DNA from: Octopus vulgaris
Taxonomy: Eukaryota
Assembly (NCBI GenBank): GCA_951406725.2
Contig: OX597827.1
Location: forward strand, 21,576,001-21,640,000
Direction: 5' to 3'
Length of the DNA stretch: 64,000 nucleotides
How positions within the stretch are numbered: the stretch's first letter is position 1; every line of letters begins with the position of its first letter. Position numbers and translations under genes: made by a program. The notes under the pieces were generated by a model, which searched no databases, was not told the origin of the DNA, and was given only the letters and a program-made list of their open reading frames with translations. Positions 11,083 to 24,438 of the stretch are shown piece by piece.

Positions 11083-13490
11083 GAAGGAGAGAGACACAGA
11101 TAGATAGATATTTACATATATAAATGCAAATTGACTTCCAAGGCATTGGTCTGCCTGGAGCCATAGCAGAAAACAGTTGCCCAAGGTGCTGTGCAGTGGG
11201 ACTGAGCCTGAAATCACATGGTTATGAAGCAAGCTCCTTAACCACACAACCATTTAATTAATTAGAATTAAATTCTTAACCATCATCATCATCATCATCT
11301 AACGTTCGCTTTTCCATGCTGGCATGGATTGGATGGCTTGATAGGAGCCAGTAAGGCCAGGAGCCACACAAGATGCCATTGTCTGTTCTGGCATAGTTTC
11401 TATGGCTGGATGCCCTTCCTAATGCCAACCACTCCTCAGCATGTACTGTGTGCTTTTTATGTGGCACCAGTTTCAATTCTGTTGTGGAACATGGTTTTCT
11501 TGAGTACAGCAGGTGCCAGATATCTTGGTCCCATGTCTTCCTGGGTCTTCCTCTTCCACAAGTTCTATTCACATTAAATCTTCAATATTAATTAGACAAA
11601 TTCTCACTAAACTGGTGTCAAAAGCTATGACAATTTCCTCAGCAAAATTCTGTTTTACTATCTTCTTGCTGGAGATGTTAATTTTATTATTATTATTTTT
11701 ATTGTTAATGTTGAGACTGACTGGGTCTTTGGATACATCCATGTTACATTTCTACCAATAACAGACTTTCTACTCACTCAGTTCCACCTTCCTGGCAATA
11801 CCATTCCTAAATATGCCATCCTTCATCCAGGTCCTCAGATTATTCACTACAGGAGAGATTCTAAGATAATGCCATCATACAGAGCTTGTAAGAGTGAACT
11901 TTAATTGGAACATCATTCCAAAGCCACAGAAGGGATCACAACTCATGATGGATCCCTGCCTAAAGACGAAAAAAACCTCACTACTCCTTTTAATTTTTAG
12001 AAAACCACCTCCCCCATCTAGGAACTAAAAATCTCCTTGTCTCGCCTTGACAAGTTCTTCTTATAAGCCTTTCTTATAAGCCCTGCTGTTGTGAGAAAAA
12101 TAGAAAAAACAATTGAAAGAAATGCATTTTTCTCCTTTTGGGGTAATTTTTAAGAATTCATCATCATCATCATTTAACGTCCGTTTTCCATGCTAGCATG
12201 GGTTGGACTAATTATCTTTATATAATTTAGTCAGAAGAAGAAATATGTGGGCCCTAACTTTGACAGGCTCTAAACCTTGCAGTCCACCCAAGTAGATGAG
12301 GGAGATATAACTGATGCTAAACTCAAATATTTGTAAATCAACTTCTGCAGGATAAACAAAGACAGAAAGAGGGCCTCTGAGAACGGGGTTTGACATGTAC
12401 TTTAGTATGAGGCCCAAGGGATCAAAGGAACAGTCCCATGAATTTCTTATGGGTGGGGATGGGAGAAGGCTCTACTCTACTCTTGACATGAAGGAAAACA
12501 GAAACAGTTTGAGAAGTGTCTGTTAGCTGTTTGCAACATTCTTCTTCCTTATCGGAATATTTCCAGAAACAAATCAATCATTTCATTGCAATAAAAAAAA
12601 GCATTTGTGTTATTAAAGATGAAAGACATTGAAAAATGTTGTTGAATGTTTGTAAAGTTGTATCAGTGACACAGTCTATAGGTCAATTGTATAACGGGTG
12701 AGACGGGTTCGTATGGTCTGTTCTGTTTTCTGCCCTACTTTGGAAATACACAAGAGGAAACCAGTACAACTGAATTATCTAAATTTATCTTAATTATTTA
12801 ATTTAACTAAATTATCTAAAGGATCAAGTACACATTTTGTTTGCCTTTTTCTTGTTTTAAATTTGTAAACATTTTGGTGGTGCTCCAGCATGGCCACAGC
12901 TCCGAGCTGAAACTACAAAAAAAATCAGTTTTGAAAACAAGAGAAATAATCTTATTTTGGTTGATACAAAAAAAAAAAATGAATTAAAATTTTTTTGGAC
13001 TACAACAGATATTATCGCTTTTAAAAGTTTAATCCAAAGGAAGAAGGGGCCGAACTGATGACTTTTGTCAGACCTTTGGCAGTTGATGTGACTGATGTGA
13101 TTGACGTGATTGATGTTCAGCTGGAACATTTGTTTGTTAATATCAGCTTGAAAATATGTTGGGGGAGAGATGACTCTGTGGGATTGACATTTTTCTAGGG
13201 AAGAAGGATTGGACCCAGGGTGGTGAAACACAATAGAGAAGACGTAGAAGAAGAGTCAGGGGTCTCAGACATGGAAATGTGAGGTTATTTAGGACAAGGA
13301 CCTCGTATAAATTTATTGATCAATTCATTAAAATGGTTAAATTCTGTAAAGGCTTAAAAATTGATAAACATTTGAAATTTTCAACAACCATGACATTTTA
13401 AAATCTTTTTTAAAGAATTTCAATTTAATTCAATACCATTCATTTGCACTGTCTGACTTTTGACCTTTGTTGCTATTGTTGTTGTTACAG

Positions 13491-13581
13491 ACCTGAAAAC
13501 AAGAACCATCCAACTGTGAAACCTGATGGATTTGCCAAAAATCTGGCTGAAGCTGTTGATCGCATTTTGTCAAACAACTGA
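13491..13581 (+). CDS. LHPP: LHPP terminal coding exon
   Basis: Acceptor gttgttacAG at 13489-13490. A phase-2 junction completes Arg, then PENKNHPTVKPDGFAKNLAEAVDRILSNN*. Resembles the LHPP C-terminus '..HPEVKADGYVDNLAEAVDLLL'. Confidence 0.92.
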
Positions 13582-13634
13582 TTAATTCTTCAGTGAATTC
13601 TGTGTTATTTTGTTTTAATCATTTCTTATGAGAA

Positions 13635-13640
13635 AATAAA
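13635..13640 (+). terminator. Candidate polyadenylation signal of LHPP
   Basis: AATAAA 54 nt after the TGA stop. Confidence 0.5.
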
Positions 13641-14143
13641 TCTACAATATTTGGTGCTGCCAAGAACAGTGTAAGCTTGAGCTTACTCTGTCATTGCTAT
13701 TCAAAGAACATATCTTTCCTAATTTTCAACTTTGGCACATGGTCACAAATTCAGTCAGTTAAATCCACCCCAGGAAATGGTACAATTATTTTATTAACTC
13801 CAGAATGATTAAAAAAAAAAAAGCAATATAAGCCTCAGTGAGATTTGAACCCATAATGTACAGAGCCAGAACAAACACCTGCCAGTATTCCATGTGACAT
13901 GCCAAAGACTTTGTTAATCTACTGCCACCTTTCTTAATTAAATAACGAGAAATCAATCTACATTTAAACTGATTACTTCAATATTTAAACACTTTAAATA
14001 AATAAAATTATTTTAATTGAAAATTCCTCTTTTGATGATCTTTACCAAAAGGTTTTTATCGTTGTCATCATCATCATCATCATAATCATCATCATCATCA
14101 TAATCATCATCATCATAATTTAACATTTGCTTCCCATACTGAT

Positions 14144-14360
14144 GGAGACACATGGCTTAGTGGTAGAGGTGTTGCATTCATGATCTCAAGATTGTGGTTT
14201 CAATTCCTGAATCAGGTAAGCATTGTGCTCTTGAGCAAGACACTTCATTTCGCATTGTTCCAGTCCACTCAGATGGCAATCCTGCAATGGACTGATGTCC
14301 CATCCAGGGAAGAATATGTCCCCCGGAGAAACCAGGAAATTGGCCCAATGCTCCTTACAA
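14144..14360 (+). mobile_element. Old tRNA-derived SINE, same family as 42399-42705
   Basis: ggagacacatggcttagtggt...ggtttcaattcc head; cccatccaggggaa...gaaaccaggaaattggccc tail. Confidence 0.65.
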
Positions 14361-14708
14361 AATAATGTGGACTAATTTTTCCATGTTGGTGGGACTGTTT
14401 GACAGAATCTGGCAAAACTGGAAGACAATGCCAAGTTCTGCTGTCTGTAATGGTATGGTCCCCATAGCTGCATGCCCTTTCTAATCTCAAATTTTTACAG
14501 TTTTATATTTTTCTTATTTCAGCTGAAAGGATCAGTTGAATCCTGTTGCTGTGAAAGGATTGAAATAATCTGCTTTTTGACTAGAATTGCTGTTTCTCTT
14601 CAAGATTCTCTTTATTGTTTCCAATATCAAAAACTCATTCTTTTCCTCAATCTCCCCTCTCTCTCTCTCTATGTGTCTGTCTGTCTCTCTCTCTATATAT
14701 ATATATAA

Positions 14709-14742
<34 letters not shown>

Positions 14743-14793
14743 CTGTCTGTCTCTCTCGCTCTCTATCTATCTCTCTCGCTCTCTATCTATCTA

Positions 14794-14842
<49 letters not shown>

Positions 14843-14985
14843 CTCTCTCTCTCTATATATATATGTGTGTGTGTGTGTCTGTCTGTCTGTCGTCTCTCTC
14901 TCTCGCTCTTTATATATATATGTGTGTGTGTATGTGTCTGTCTGTCTCTCTCTCTCTATCTATCTATATATATATATATATATAT

Positions 14986-15099
14986 ATTTATTTTATAGAA
15001 GGATCTTCTACAGGACTAGAACTGTTTCATTCAAAAGAAATCATCAGGATTTGAATGAAACAGTTCTAGTCCTGTAGAAGCTCCTTCTATAAAATAAAT
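14986..15099. repeat. Fold-back palindrome, 50-bp arms, 14-nt loop; part of a (TA)n-embedded element extending to about 15167
   Basis: 14986-15035 is the reverse complement of 15050-15099 with 1 mismatch. Confidence 0.95.
15007..15049 (-). ncRNA. Minimal hammerhead ribozyme core at the tip of the fold-back
   Basis: Minus strand reads tc-CTGATGA-tttcttttgaat-GAAA-cag-ttctagtc-ct-GTA-ga. Stem II is ttc/gaa, stem III is ACAG/CTGT, triplet is GUA. Stem I is only 2 bp because the inversion truncates it. Confidence 0.65.
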
Positions 15100-15167
15100 T
15101 AATTTACTCTGCTATGTATTGAGTACCTTATTTACTGTGGTTAACCCCGACTCAACCCGGGACCTAC

Positions 15168-15233
<66 letters not shown>

Positions 15234-15266
15234 CTCTCTCTCTCTCTATATATATATGTGTGTGTG

Positions 15267-15299
<33 letters not shown>

Positions 15300-15784
15300 T
15301 TCAATACTTGTTTCAATCCATGGTTATTTAAACATCAACTTATATACACTTGCTCTCCACTACCAATGTTGTCGTCATCGTCGTATTCTGTCATATCTCA
15401 TTGACATAAATTAAGCCTCGCATAACTTGGAACCACCTTGATTCCCTGCCCTGATAATCCCAGACCTGGATCCACGATGTTCTGACATTGCCATGTAACA
15501 TGATGTCCCAGCACAGCAGCAGTAAATCTCTTCCATGGAACTAACAAACTTCACAACACACGCATGCTTTCTGCTGATTCTTGACTCAACCCCTTCAAAC
15601 CCTTAAACTTCAATGAGTCATCGAATGTCCACACTATCACCTATACATACAATACTGACCAGTCTGTAGCAATTCAAGGGTCCACCTATACACATACAGT
15701 GTGAGCAATGACCATAGTTTATTGTTTTTAGTGACCCCAACACTAATCCCTACACCCATTATTTCCTCCCCAGAGTATTATCCC

Positions 15785-16034
15785 TCTGATGACAGTCAAG
15801 GCTGATTTAGAGGACAACGAAAAACCTGGCTGATGACAGTCAAGGCTGATCTGGAACCCAAGCTAGGCCCCCATATCTATGGATTTCGCCGCTGGAATAA
15901 GGAGTGATTGGAGATCATGTGGTCGTTAGCCTCAAATCGCCAGGCCTGGTCGGCGTTTGTGAGAGATGCAGCATTGAGGATGAATGAAGCCAGCTCAACC
16001 CACCCCGGGTGAATGCTGTCAAGTCAAGTTAAGT
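15785..16034 (+). mobile_element. 5'-truncated RTE-clade LINE end (second family) with 16-bp TSD
   Basis: Encodes ..TVKADLEPKLGPHIYGFRRWNKE*LEIMWSLASNRQAWSAFVRDA..; (caagt)n tail; TSD cccagagtattatccc at 15769-15784 and 16035-16050. Confidence 0.8.
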
Positions 16035-16652
16035 CCCAGAGTATTATCCCCCTGGAAATGTTTCCCTGTGAGGTTGCCAGTACAGAATGGGAAGGTGGAT
16101 GCAATGTGGGTGATGGGTGGGGGAGAGATGAATCAGGAGATCCCTGAGTGGAGGTGTAGAGGAGGGCTTGAGTGGGAGTGTAGAGGAGGGCTTGAGTGGG
16201 AGTGTGGAAGAGGGCCTGGAGGGAGGTGTGGAGGGGACACCAGATCAGACATCTTGAAGTTGCAGTGATCACTGTAGCAGTATCAGTGGTAATAAACACA
16301 GAGTAAGAAGATGGTGGTATGTCTGTGGAGGAGAGGCTGAAGTAACCATCGTTGGGGATTCCATACTTAGAACATAATGAGTAACCAAAAGATAAAATGT
16401 CTAAGTATAGCTTGGTCTTGGAAGACTGTTCACTTAATCAAACCAATGATAGAAAATGATGGAAGCAACTAAACCCAGGACAATTCCAGAATAAACATAT
16501 ATAGCTTGTTTCTTTAACATCCATAGATGTGAGTGTCCAATAGGGATTGGAGAAAATTCTTGATTACTGTATTCTTTTTATTCTTCTAAGTAATTCAGTT
16601 ATTAGAAAGTAGGTGAGAATTGGCAGAATGGTACAGGTGAAAAGCAGCAGCA

Positions 16653-16684
<32 letters not shown>

Positions 16685-16685
<1 letters not shown>

Positions 16686-16860
16686 CCAGTAGAAGTGATA
16701 CAAAAGGTTTGCCTCCTTGGCACGGCCAGAATAATCAGGAAAATATTAGATAACTGAGAAGAACGGATAGCATGGTACTGTAGGCTGGAGGCATCAAGCC
16801 CACAATGTATGCAAGACTCCAGGAGTTCCAACAAAACCTGAGATAAAAAGAATGGATAAT
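16685..16860 (+). mobile_element. R4/Dong-like LINE extreme 3' end between (AAT)n tracts
   Basis: Encodes ..VEVIQKVCLLGTARIIRKILDN*, a typical RLE-element C-terminus. Confidence 0.7.
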
Positions 16861-17075
16861 AATAATAATCTTTTCTACTTAAAACCAGAAAGCCTGAAAT
16901 TTGTGGGGAAGGGGCTCGTTGATTGCATTGACCCCAGTATTCAACTGGTACTTATTTTATCAACCCCGAAAAGGATGAAAGGCAAAGTCAACCCCAGCAT
17001 AATTTGGATGCAGAACATAAAGATGGATGAAAGCCACTTAGCATTTTATCTGAGAGGGCTATGGGCTTTACCTTG

Positions 17076-17107
<32 letters not shown>

Positions 17108-19491
17108 CCTTTCTACTAAAGGCACAAGGCCTGAAATTTGTGGGGAGGGGGATGAGTTGATTACATTGACCCCCCCCCCCCGTACTTAACTTCTTTTATC
17201 AACCCTGAAAGTCAAAGTCAACTTTAGCGGAATTTGAACTCAGAACGTAAAGACAGATGAAATACTGCTAAGCTTTAATAGTTTGGCAGATCAGACTGGA
17301 GCCTGGTGCAGCCTCCTGGTTTGCCAGTCCTCAGTGAAACCGTCCAACCCACCCACGCCAGCATGGATGATGATAATGATGATGAATGATAATAGTAAGA
17401 ACAATGATGATAATGATAGATTAGAGAGAAAGGGAGACGATATGTGAATTGTTAGGTTGCGAGAGAGAGGGGAAAGGAAAACTACAAGTGATAGTAGGGG
17501 AGAGGTTGTTACAACAAGAATGCCTGGTCAACGAGGGCTCACTCGAGATTAAACAATAACAACAATAATTATCAATTTGAAATTTATAAAAACAGATAAA
17601 AGAATTTATTTAACGTCACAGAGATCAATAGATAGTCTTGTTTCAGAAGTAATTATTAATAAGGGTAAGGTGATTAATGATTACTGAATGTTATATAATT
17701 ATACTTAACGAGTTCTCTTGTCTGTGAAATAGGTAGAGCATTGCTGTCAGATAATTTCTTTTAACTCTTTTCTTACCGTATTTCTGTTAAAATACAATGA
17801 TTTTGTGTCAATTTATTTTGAAAACAAGGAAGAATTTGTTAAAATAACTTTGCCATTATTAAGAGAATGTTTGGGACATAAATTAAGATGGAATTTTGAT
17901 GAAGGTTTTTTAAAGATCACTTTAAAACAATATTTAAAAAATTACTGTGATTAAATCATGAATTTCTTAAGGAAATTATAAATAATTTTCAAAAGTGTCT
18001 TTTTTTTCTTTGTTTTTGTTCAATTAAAATCAAAACTTGTTTTAATGATTTCCTGGTGTCTTTTGTTTAATTTTTTGTTCGTGCAAGCTGCAAAAATATG
18101 CCTATTAGCTTTATTCCTTAATTGTGGTGCAAATTCACAAAAAACTTTATGAACAGACGTTGATTTAACAACACACACTCACACATACAGAAACATGCCC
18201 TCATAAATGCACACACTTATACAAAAACAGAGGAAAAAATAATCATAATAATAAAAACCTGGTTATTGCAGAAATGCCAAAGTATGCAATAATTGGAACT
18301 GGCATCAACAAATTTTATGAATATTTCAGATTCTGTCTTTGTAAATTAAATACTTTGAAAGCAATTTTTGTAATTTTCTCCAATTCCTTTTGCTAAAATA
18401 CTTCCTCTGCCACCTTACTCCAATATACTACTTTCAAAAAGTTTCCTCCAAATCTCGTCCAATCTATTTGTGATCAACCAAAAGCAAAAAAGAAATGGGG
18501 TCTATCATTTAATTTGGCAAACGCTAACAAACTGTTTCCTTTCATTGTTTCCTCTCTTATTTTGATGATTTGAATGTTAAAAGTCAGTCATTTTTTGATC
18601 TGTTGACTGACTTAAAATGTTTTATGTATGATGTTGTTGTAGTTGTCCTTCTTTAGCCTCAGAGTTCTGATTCAACAGACATACGATTAAAGATAATCTG
18701 CTTTTGGCCATTCCATCCCATCCTACTCTAAATTATTCTGAATTCAGAGACACCATCTCTATGCAAGACTTAAGTTAATATTGGCTCATTTAGAGAAAAG
18801 AGCATGATAAAATAAAAAAACTGACTATAAATAATTATACTGTGTAAGAAAAAACTATGTTGTTTATTGACTAGTATTAATTTTATTATTTCAGCTGGTA
18901 TGGGAGACAACTCTGTACAGGTTTCCATGTTATTATGACCTTGTCAGTGAAATATAAGCTTAAATGTATTTGCCCAAGAAGTAATGGGAGAATCACTAAG
19001 TCTATGTACAAGAATATATAGCAGTTGGTTGAGAAAGACAGACTTGCTTTCAGAAAAACAAACTCAGCACCGCCATCTGCAGAAATGCCAATAGTTATAC
19101 TAACAGTAGTTATACTAAAAGAATTGATGTTATCTATTATTTCATTGTACAGATATTATCAACACTTTATCGTCCCTTGAATACATTATAATAGACTTTG
19201 AAACCTTTGTTAATAATAATAACTGATTGGAATTGGAAATTAATTGGGACACAGCTATATAAAGGGTTAGGTTGCGAAAATGTGTGCTTGTGTTGGTGAA
19301 CTTTGTGTTATCAATGATTATTATCAGAATGAAAAAAAAAAAAACAGGTCAAATCTTAATGAAATTGGACAAATATGAAGAAATCTGTCTGGGAAGTTAT
19401 CAAGTAGGAACTAACCATAATAGTGGAATCACTAAACATTGTCTTTAGAAATTTGTTCTCCTGCAGCTTAATTATATTTTATATTTTATAA

Positions 19492-19722
19492 AGGTGGTGA
19501 GCTGGCAGAAACGTTAGCACGCTGGGCAAAATGCGTAGCCGTATTTCGTCTGCCATTACGTTCTGAGTTCAAATTCCGCCACGGTCGACTTTGCCTTTCA
19601 TCCTTTTGGGGTCGATAAATTAAATACCAGTTACACACTGGGGTCGATGTAATCAACTTAATACGTTTGTCTGTCCTTGTTTGTCCCCTCTATGTTTAGC
19701 CCCTTGTGGGTAGTAAAGAAAT
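19492..19722 (+). mobile_element. Full-length tRNA-derived (Meta/MESC-like) SINE. Further copies at 13725-13930, 16865-17275, 38173-38395, 38655-38870, 41870-42240, 44075-44285, 45330-45825
   Basis: A-box-like ggtgagctggcagaaacgttagc, B-box gagttcaaattcc, conserved central core. Confidence 0.85.
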
Positions 19723-22096
19723 ATATATTTTATATAATGACCCAAGTAAATTAATACATGTGGCAGGTGTGGGGGACATTTTGTTTATGTTTAAGAAATA
19801 TAATATTCTAAGCAAAATTTAAACGTTCTACATGAACTCAGCAACATTGCAGCTGATGTTGTAAATTTTACCTTTACTATGTGTAAAGCACCGTAACCCT
19901 GCAAAACAGTCGGTTAATTGGGCAGGGGAAAATGTAAGGTTGTAAAGTCCCTTTGGTCCTGTCACATCAACCTCTCAAGTGTTTGCGCTACAAGAAAAAA
20001 TACCCAGAACACCCTGTTGATGTTAGGAAGGGCATCCAACTGTAGAAACACAGCCAAATGACACATATAGACATCATTCTGTGGAACAAGTAGCTCCCAT
20101 AGAGTGGGGATGACCATTCCAACCCAGAGTAACAAGGAAAACCGACATAAAGTTATCGCTGTTGTATATTATCTACTGCTTATCTATGAAAAATATTAAG
20201 TAAATAAATTGCAGAAAAGTTTATTATCCTTGAAAATGGGTTAATGGATATCTTCCAGGTAAGTTAGACATTGATGGCAACAACTTGAAACAAAGTTTTT
20301 TTATATTACAAAATAGGAAGAATTTTATGGAAAATTATTGATGTTAATTCAATGATTTTTACCTCCTGCACTAAAGAGCTCTGGAAAGCCAGATTATCTA
20401 CATTTCTGATTAAGATCCAAAAATATTCTTCATCACTTGAAACTTAATTGAAATCAAGGCTGCTATTTTCAGTATTTATAGAGAAGTTCACAAAGTAGTC
20501 CAAATGAAATCTCTTGCAAAAACCCTTTTACTATGAATTGTTACTGGAAATTCTTCCAAATTTTATCTATTTATATCAACAGTGTCCTCTCAAAATTTGT
20601 TGGTTTGCTCTACCAACTCCACTGTGCTCATTTGTCTGTTTCTCACCAGAATGTTTTAAAGCCTTGAGTTTCCTTTGTCTGACTTTTTGGCCTAACTATA
20701 AAGTTGACCTTTTAAGTTGCAATAATTACGTCCCAGGTTTTCTAAGTATTTAATGAAAATGCAGAGAGATCAGAGGCTGGGATGGATGAAAATATCTGCG
20801 TACACTGGGAGAATGTTAATGGTTATGTAAGTTAACAATACAAAGCAATTGATAACATTTAGTATTTTAGAAAATTATCTAAATGGTAGAATTTCTTATT
20901 ATAATGGAAAATTTGAAGAAAATAATCTTGAAAATATTAAAATGCAGTAATTTGAAAAGTAAAGCAATAAGTTTAATGAAAATGAAAAGCAGAGTAAATG
21001 TATATCAAGGTGTAATTTATGCGTTTATTAAAGGTGAATGATAAGCAATTGAAGAGAAAGAAATGAAATTATTAGTCACCTAATTTGTTACCTACTCAGA
21101 TAAACTTTGAATTGATTGGAGATAAAAGCTGTAAATTTAGTATCACAAACAGATGTAAACAAAATTGAAATCTCTTCACCCCTATCGCAGACAATAAACT
21201 TTTCACTGTTTGCTGGAGTATCTACCCAGAAACATTTCGAGTAAAGGATTTAGAATATAGCTGGCTCCAATCAAAACATCATCTGAGATTAGTGTTTTTT
21301 ATCAACAGACAGATGGGAAATTTGTATAAAGATGTACTTTGAGTCTAAAACAATTTTAAGATTTCAAATATAACAGGAAAGTATTTGTTTGTTTCTCGTT
21401 AGGAAGGATGGAAAAGACTATAATATGCAAATTTATAATTAATAGATGAATAAGGTGAAAACAGATGGAGTATTCTTGAATTTGCTGAGACAAATAACTT
21501 CAATATATTGATCAAAAATGTATTGTTAATGAAAAGGGATGTAGATTATTTCACAGCTAATTAAATCAAGTTGTTAATTACAGTACAATAATATTGCAGT
21601 TATATTACCAAAGACCAGATGTTTGGATTCATTTATGCCACATTTCTGTCAAATAAATTCTGGTAAATTCTTCAGAGTATTTCTTAAATGTAATTTTAAA
21701 AAGTTTTGGGATTAAAACAGAATTTTTCTGTTAGAATATCAGAAAAATATTCTTATATGTTGGATTTTAAATTTTTTGGTGTTGTATAAACCTTGTAAAT
21801 TTATGAAAATAATATTTAAATTACATGAAGTTGGTTTTTTTTCTCTTTAGCAGGATTCACCAAACTTTATAGGAGGTGGCAACTCAAGCACCAGGCAGCC
21901 CAGTGACAATCATTTCAGGATCGCTAACATAAAGTTCTTGTCAAATTCTAGGGTCAATATAATTGACTTATCTTCTCTCCTTGAAATTGTTGGTCTTGTG
22001 TCAAAATTTGAAACAATAGGCTGTATTTTTCGTGGCTGTGGTGCCAAAGCTCAAAGACCGCCCTCTAGCTGCGCCACACTACATCTTCAGTTAAAG

Positions 22097-22375
22097 CACT
22101 GGTTCTCAATTATTATTTGGCTATGGACCCCTTTGATTATTATTTTATTCTGGTGGACCCCACTAACCATTCGATGTTTAAAGCCTAGTTTTACAGATAC
22201 TTCTTTTGGAATTCCTATATCGTTCGTCGCACATACATTCGCGTTGTTTGAACTCCGTGTAAAGTTAGAGAAATAAGTAATTCTGGACCCTTAAAATAAT
22301 ATTGTGGACCCAATTTACTATTTTGTTTATGTGGACCCCCAAGAATCTTATATGGACCTCAACTGGGAACCACTG
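22097..22375. mobile_element. hAT-type MITE with 8-bp TSD
   Basis: TIRs cactggttctcaa / ctgggaaccactg; TSD agttaaag at 22089-22096 and 22376-22383; internal tggacccc repeats. Confidence 0.85.
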
Positions 22376-24438
22376 AGTTAAAGTAACAAGGGAAGTCTTC
22401 TTCGTGTATTGGAAAATAATTTATTGTTACATCCATAAGGTGTTCATGTAATACAATCGACAGAAGCATTCGGATGAAACTGCGTAATATGACACGTGCA
22501 GAAAGCCTTTGTTAGAAAACTCAATATTTGAGCTAATTTTTGTATATTAAATACATATTCAGGTGCCGTGTGTGTCTTCTTCGATCATTCCAGGTTGAAT
22601 ATGCAGCTGTAAAAACAGCTTTTAGGAGAATGCACGCAAACTCAAACCGAGTTACTCTTTATTTTTGGCGCTCAATTTGGCTGTATTTGTAGGCCTTGCT
22701 CACAGAAAGTTCTAGTCAGACCACCAAACTATCACTTGAACAATGGTCATTCATTGGATCAAATCTTGATTGTGCACGGGATTGAATTGTGATTTCTATG
22801 TGGTAAAATGTGGGATTGAATGAAATGCTGTATCAGTCCTCCAGACAACTTGTGAGGAAAACAAGGAATCGATAACAGAGAGGAAAATGTGCATGTACAA
22901 TGAGAAAAACAACCTAAACAATAGAAAAATATGAAAGCAAAACGTACACTTAACAAACGAGAAACAATTGTTCGTGGAAAATGGTTCACAGTAGACTCCA
23001 TGTTGGATTCAACAGTTCATGTTATTGAAAACATTTGGGTTTTTCCCCTAACATTTTTTTCCTAAAAGTTAGCTAAAAATAATAAGTGAGTGTATATTTT
23101 GTAGGTCAATGAACTCTTCTATTGCTTCATCTAATTCTGTTAGAAGTAGGTGTATTGACGGGTGCATTGGTAGTGAACAGTATGTCACGTGTAAGCGGTG
23201 TGGATGTGGTAGAAAAAGCGTCGAGTGTTGTTCACAGGAGTGACGAATCGGTTAGGCCTGCTTCAATCGATCGATGCTGTCTGATATTTCCCTTGAACGT
23301 ACAACACCATGAAGTTGGGTTTTACTTTCAAGACACGATATGGGCCGATACACAATGTCTGCAATGGATGTTTAATGGCATCATAAGGTATGAATAATTA
23401 CGTCAATGTATGAATATCTGGTGGAACGAAAGTCTCGATCGTTTGTAGTCTCAAAGGCAATGGAGGTAACTCCGTCATGTATCAACGCATTCGATGAACA
23501 TAACAAGCTGGAACAAAATGTCAATTGGCTGAAGCTGTAGTTAAAACCATTTGATCAGGTAGAGTTAGAGAGGAACCGTCAAGTAATTCTGCCGGTGAAT
23601 ATCTCAGGCCATCCTTAACAGTGAACCGAATACCTAATAAAACAACGGATAAAACCTCCAACCAACGGTCTGAATCAGAATAAGCGCGCAGAGCTAGTTA
23701 GACACGAGGTGATAAGCTGTAGTGAGGATTCGCTGGGTGCCTGGGAGGTTAGAAAGGTCGTCAAACTGACTGGATTCAAACTGACGACCTCTGTCAGTCG
23801 TTATGGTCAAAGGAGCTTCAAAACGAGAAATATGTCGGGCCATGAGGTCCTTTGCGACGGTGAGAGACGAGACGTCTATAATTGGCACGGCCCAGACCAC
23901 CTTGAAAAACCGCCTATGCAGGTCAGACGATACATATTATCTTAAACTGGTGGTAATGGGCCCCACAATGTCAATGCGGATGTGTTTGAAATGAGCAGCG
24001 GGAGTAGCAAAGGTGCCTAAAGGGGTTTTGATATGGCGTTGAATTTTGGCTTTCTGGCACAGTATACACCAGCGCGCCCAGTTGTGAATATATATGTTTG
24101 TGTACAAGGTCTTTTGCATGCAAGGACTTGAAATCAATTTCGCTGTAGCTGAAATACCAGGATGAGATAAATTATGAAGAGTGGAGAAAATAGTTCGTCT
24201 ATGATGCTTTGGAACGAAAGGTCGAGAAAAACCAGTAGAAACACCACACAAAAAGAGGAATCAGCAGACTATAATGGTAATAAATGGAAATCCAAAGAAG
24301 TTGATTCCAGTGTTCGGTGTTGCAAAAATTTCTCATCTTCTTGATCCAAAGCGACCTGTTGCAAATCAGCAGAATCAGGGGTATGTCAAAGCGTTGATTG
24401 AACGTGATATGCGAGCATCCGCCGCTGAATTATCAATA

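Noticed and set aside
18880-21960. Scattered splice-like signals (acceptor near 21853, donors near 20258 and 20827) suggesting extra exons
   Set aside because: No recognisable protein or consistent exon chain; cannot be supported without RNA data
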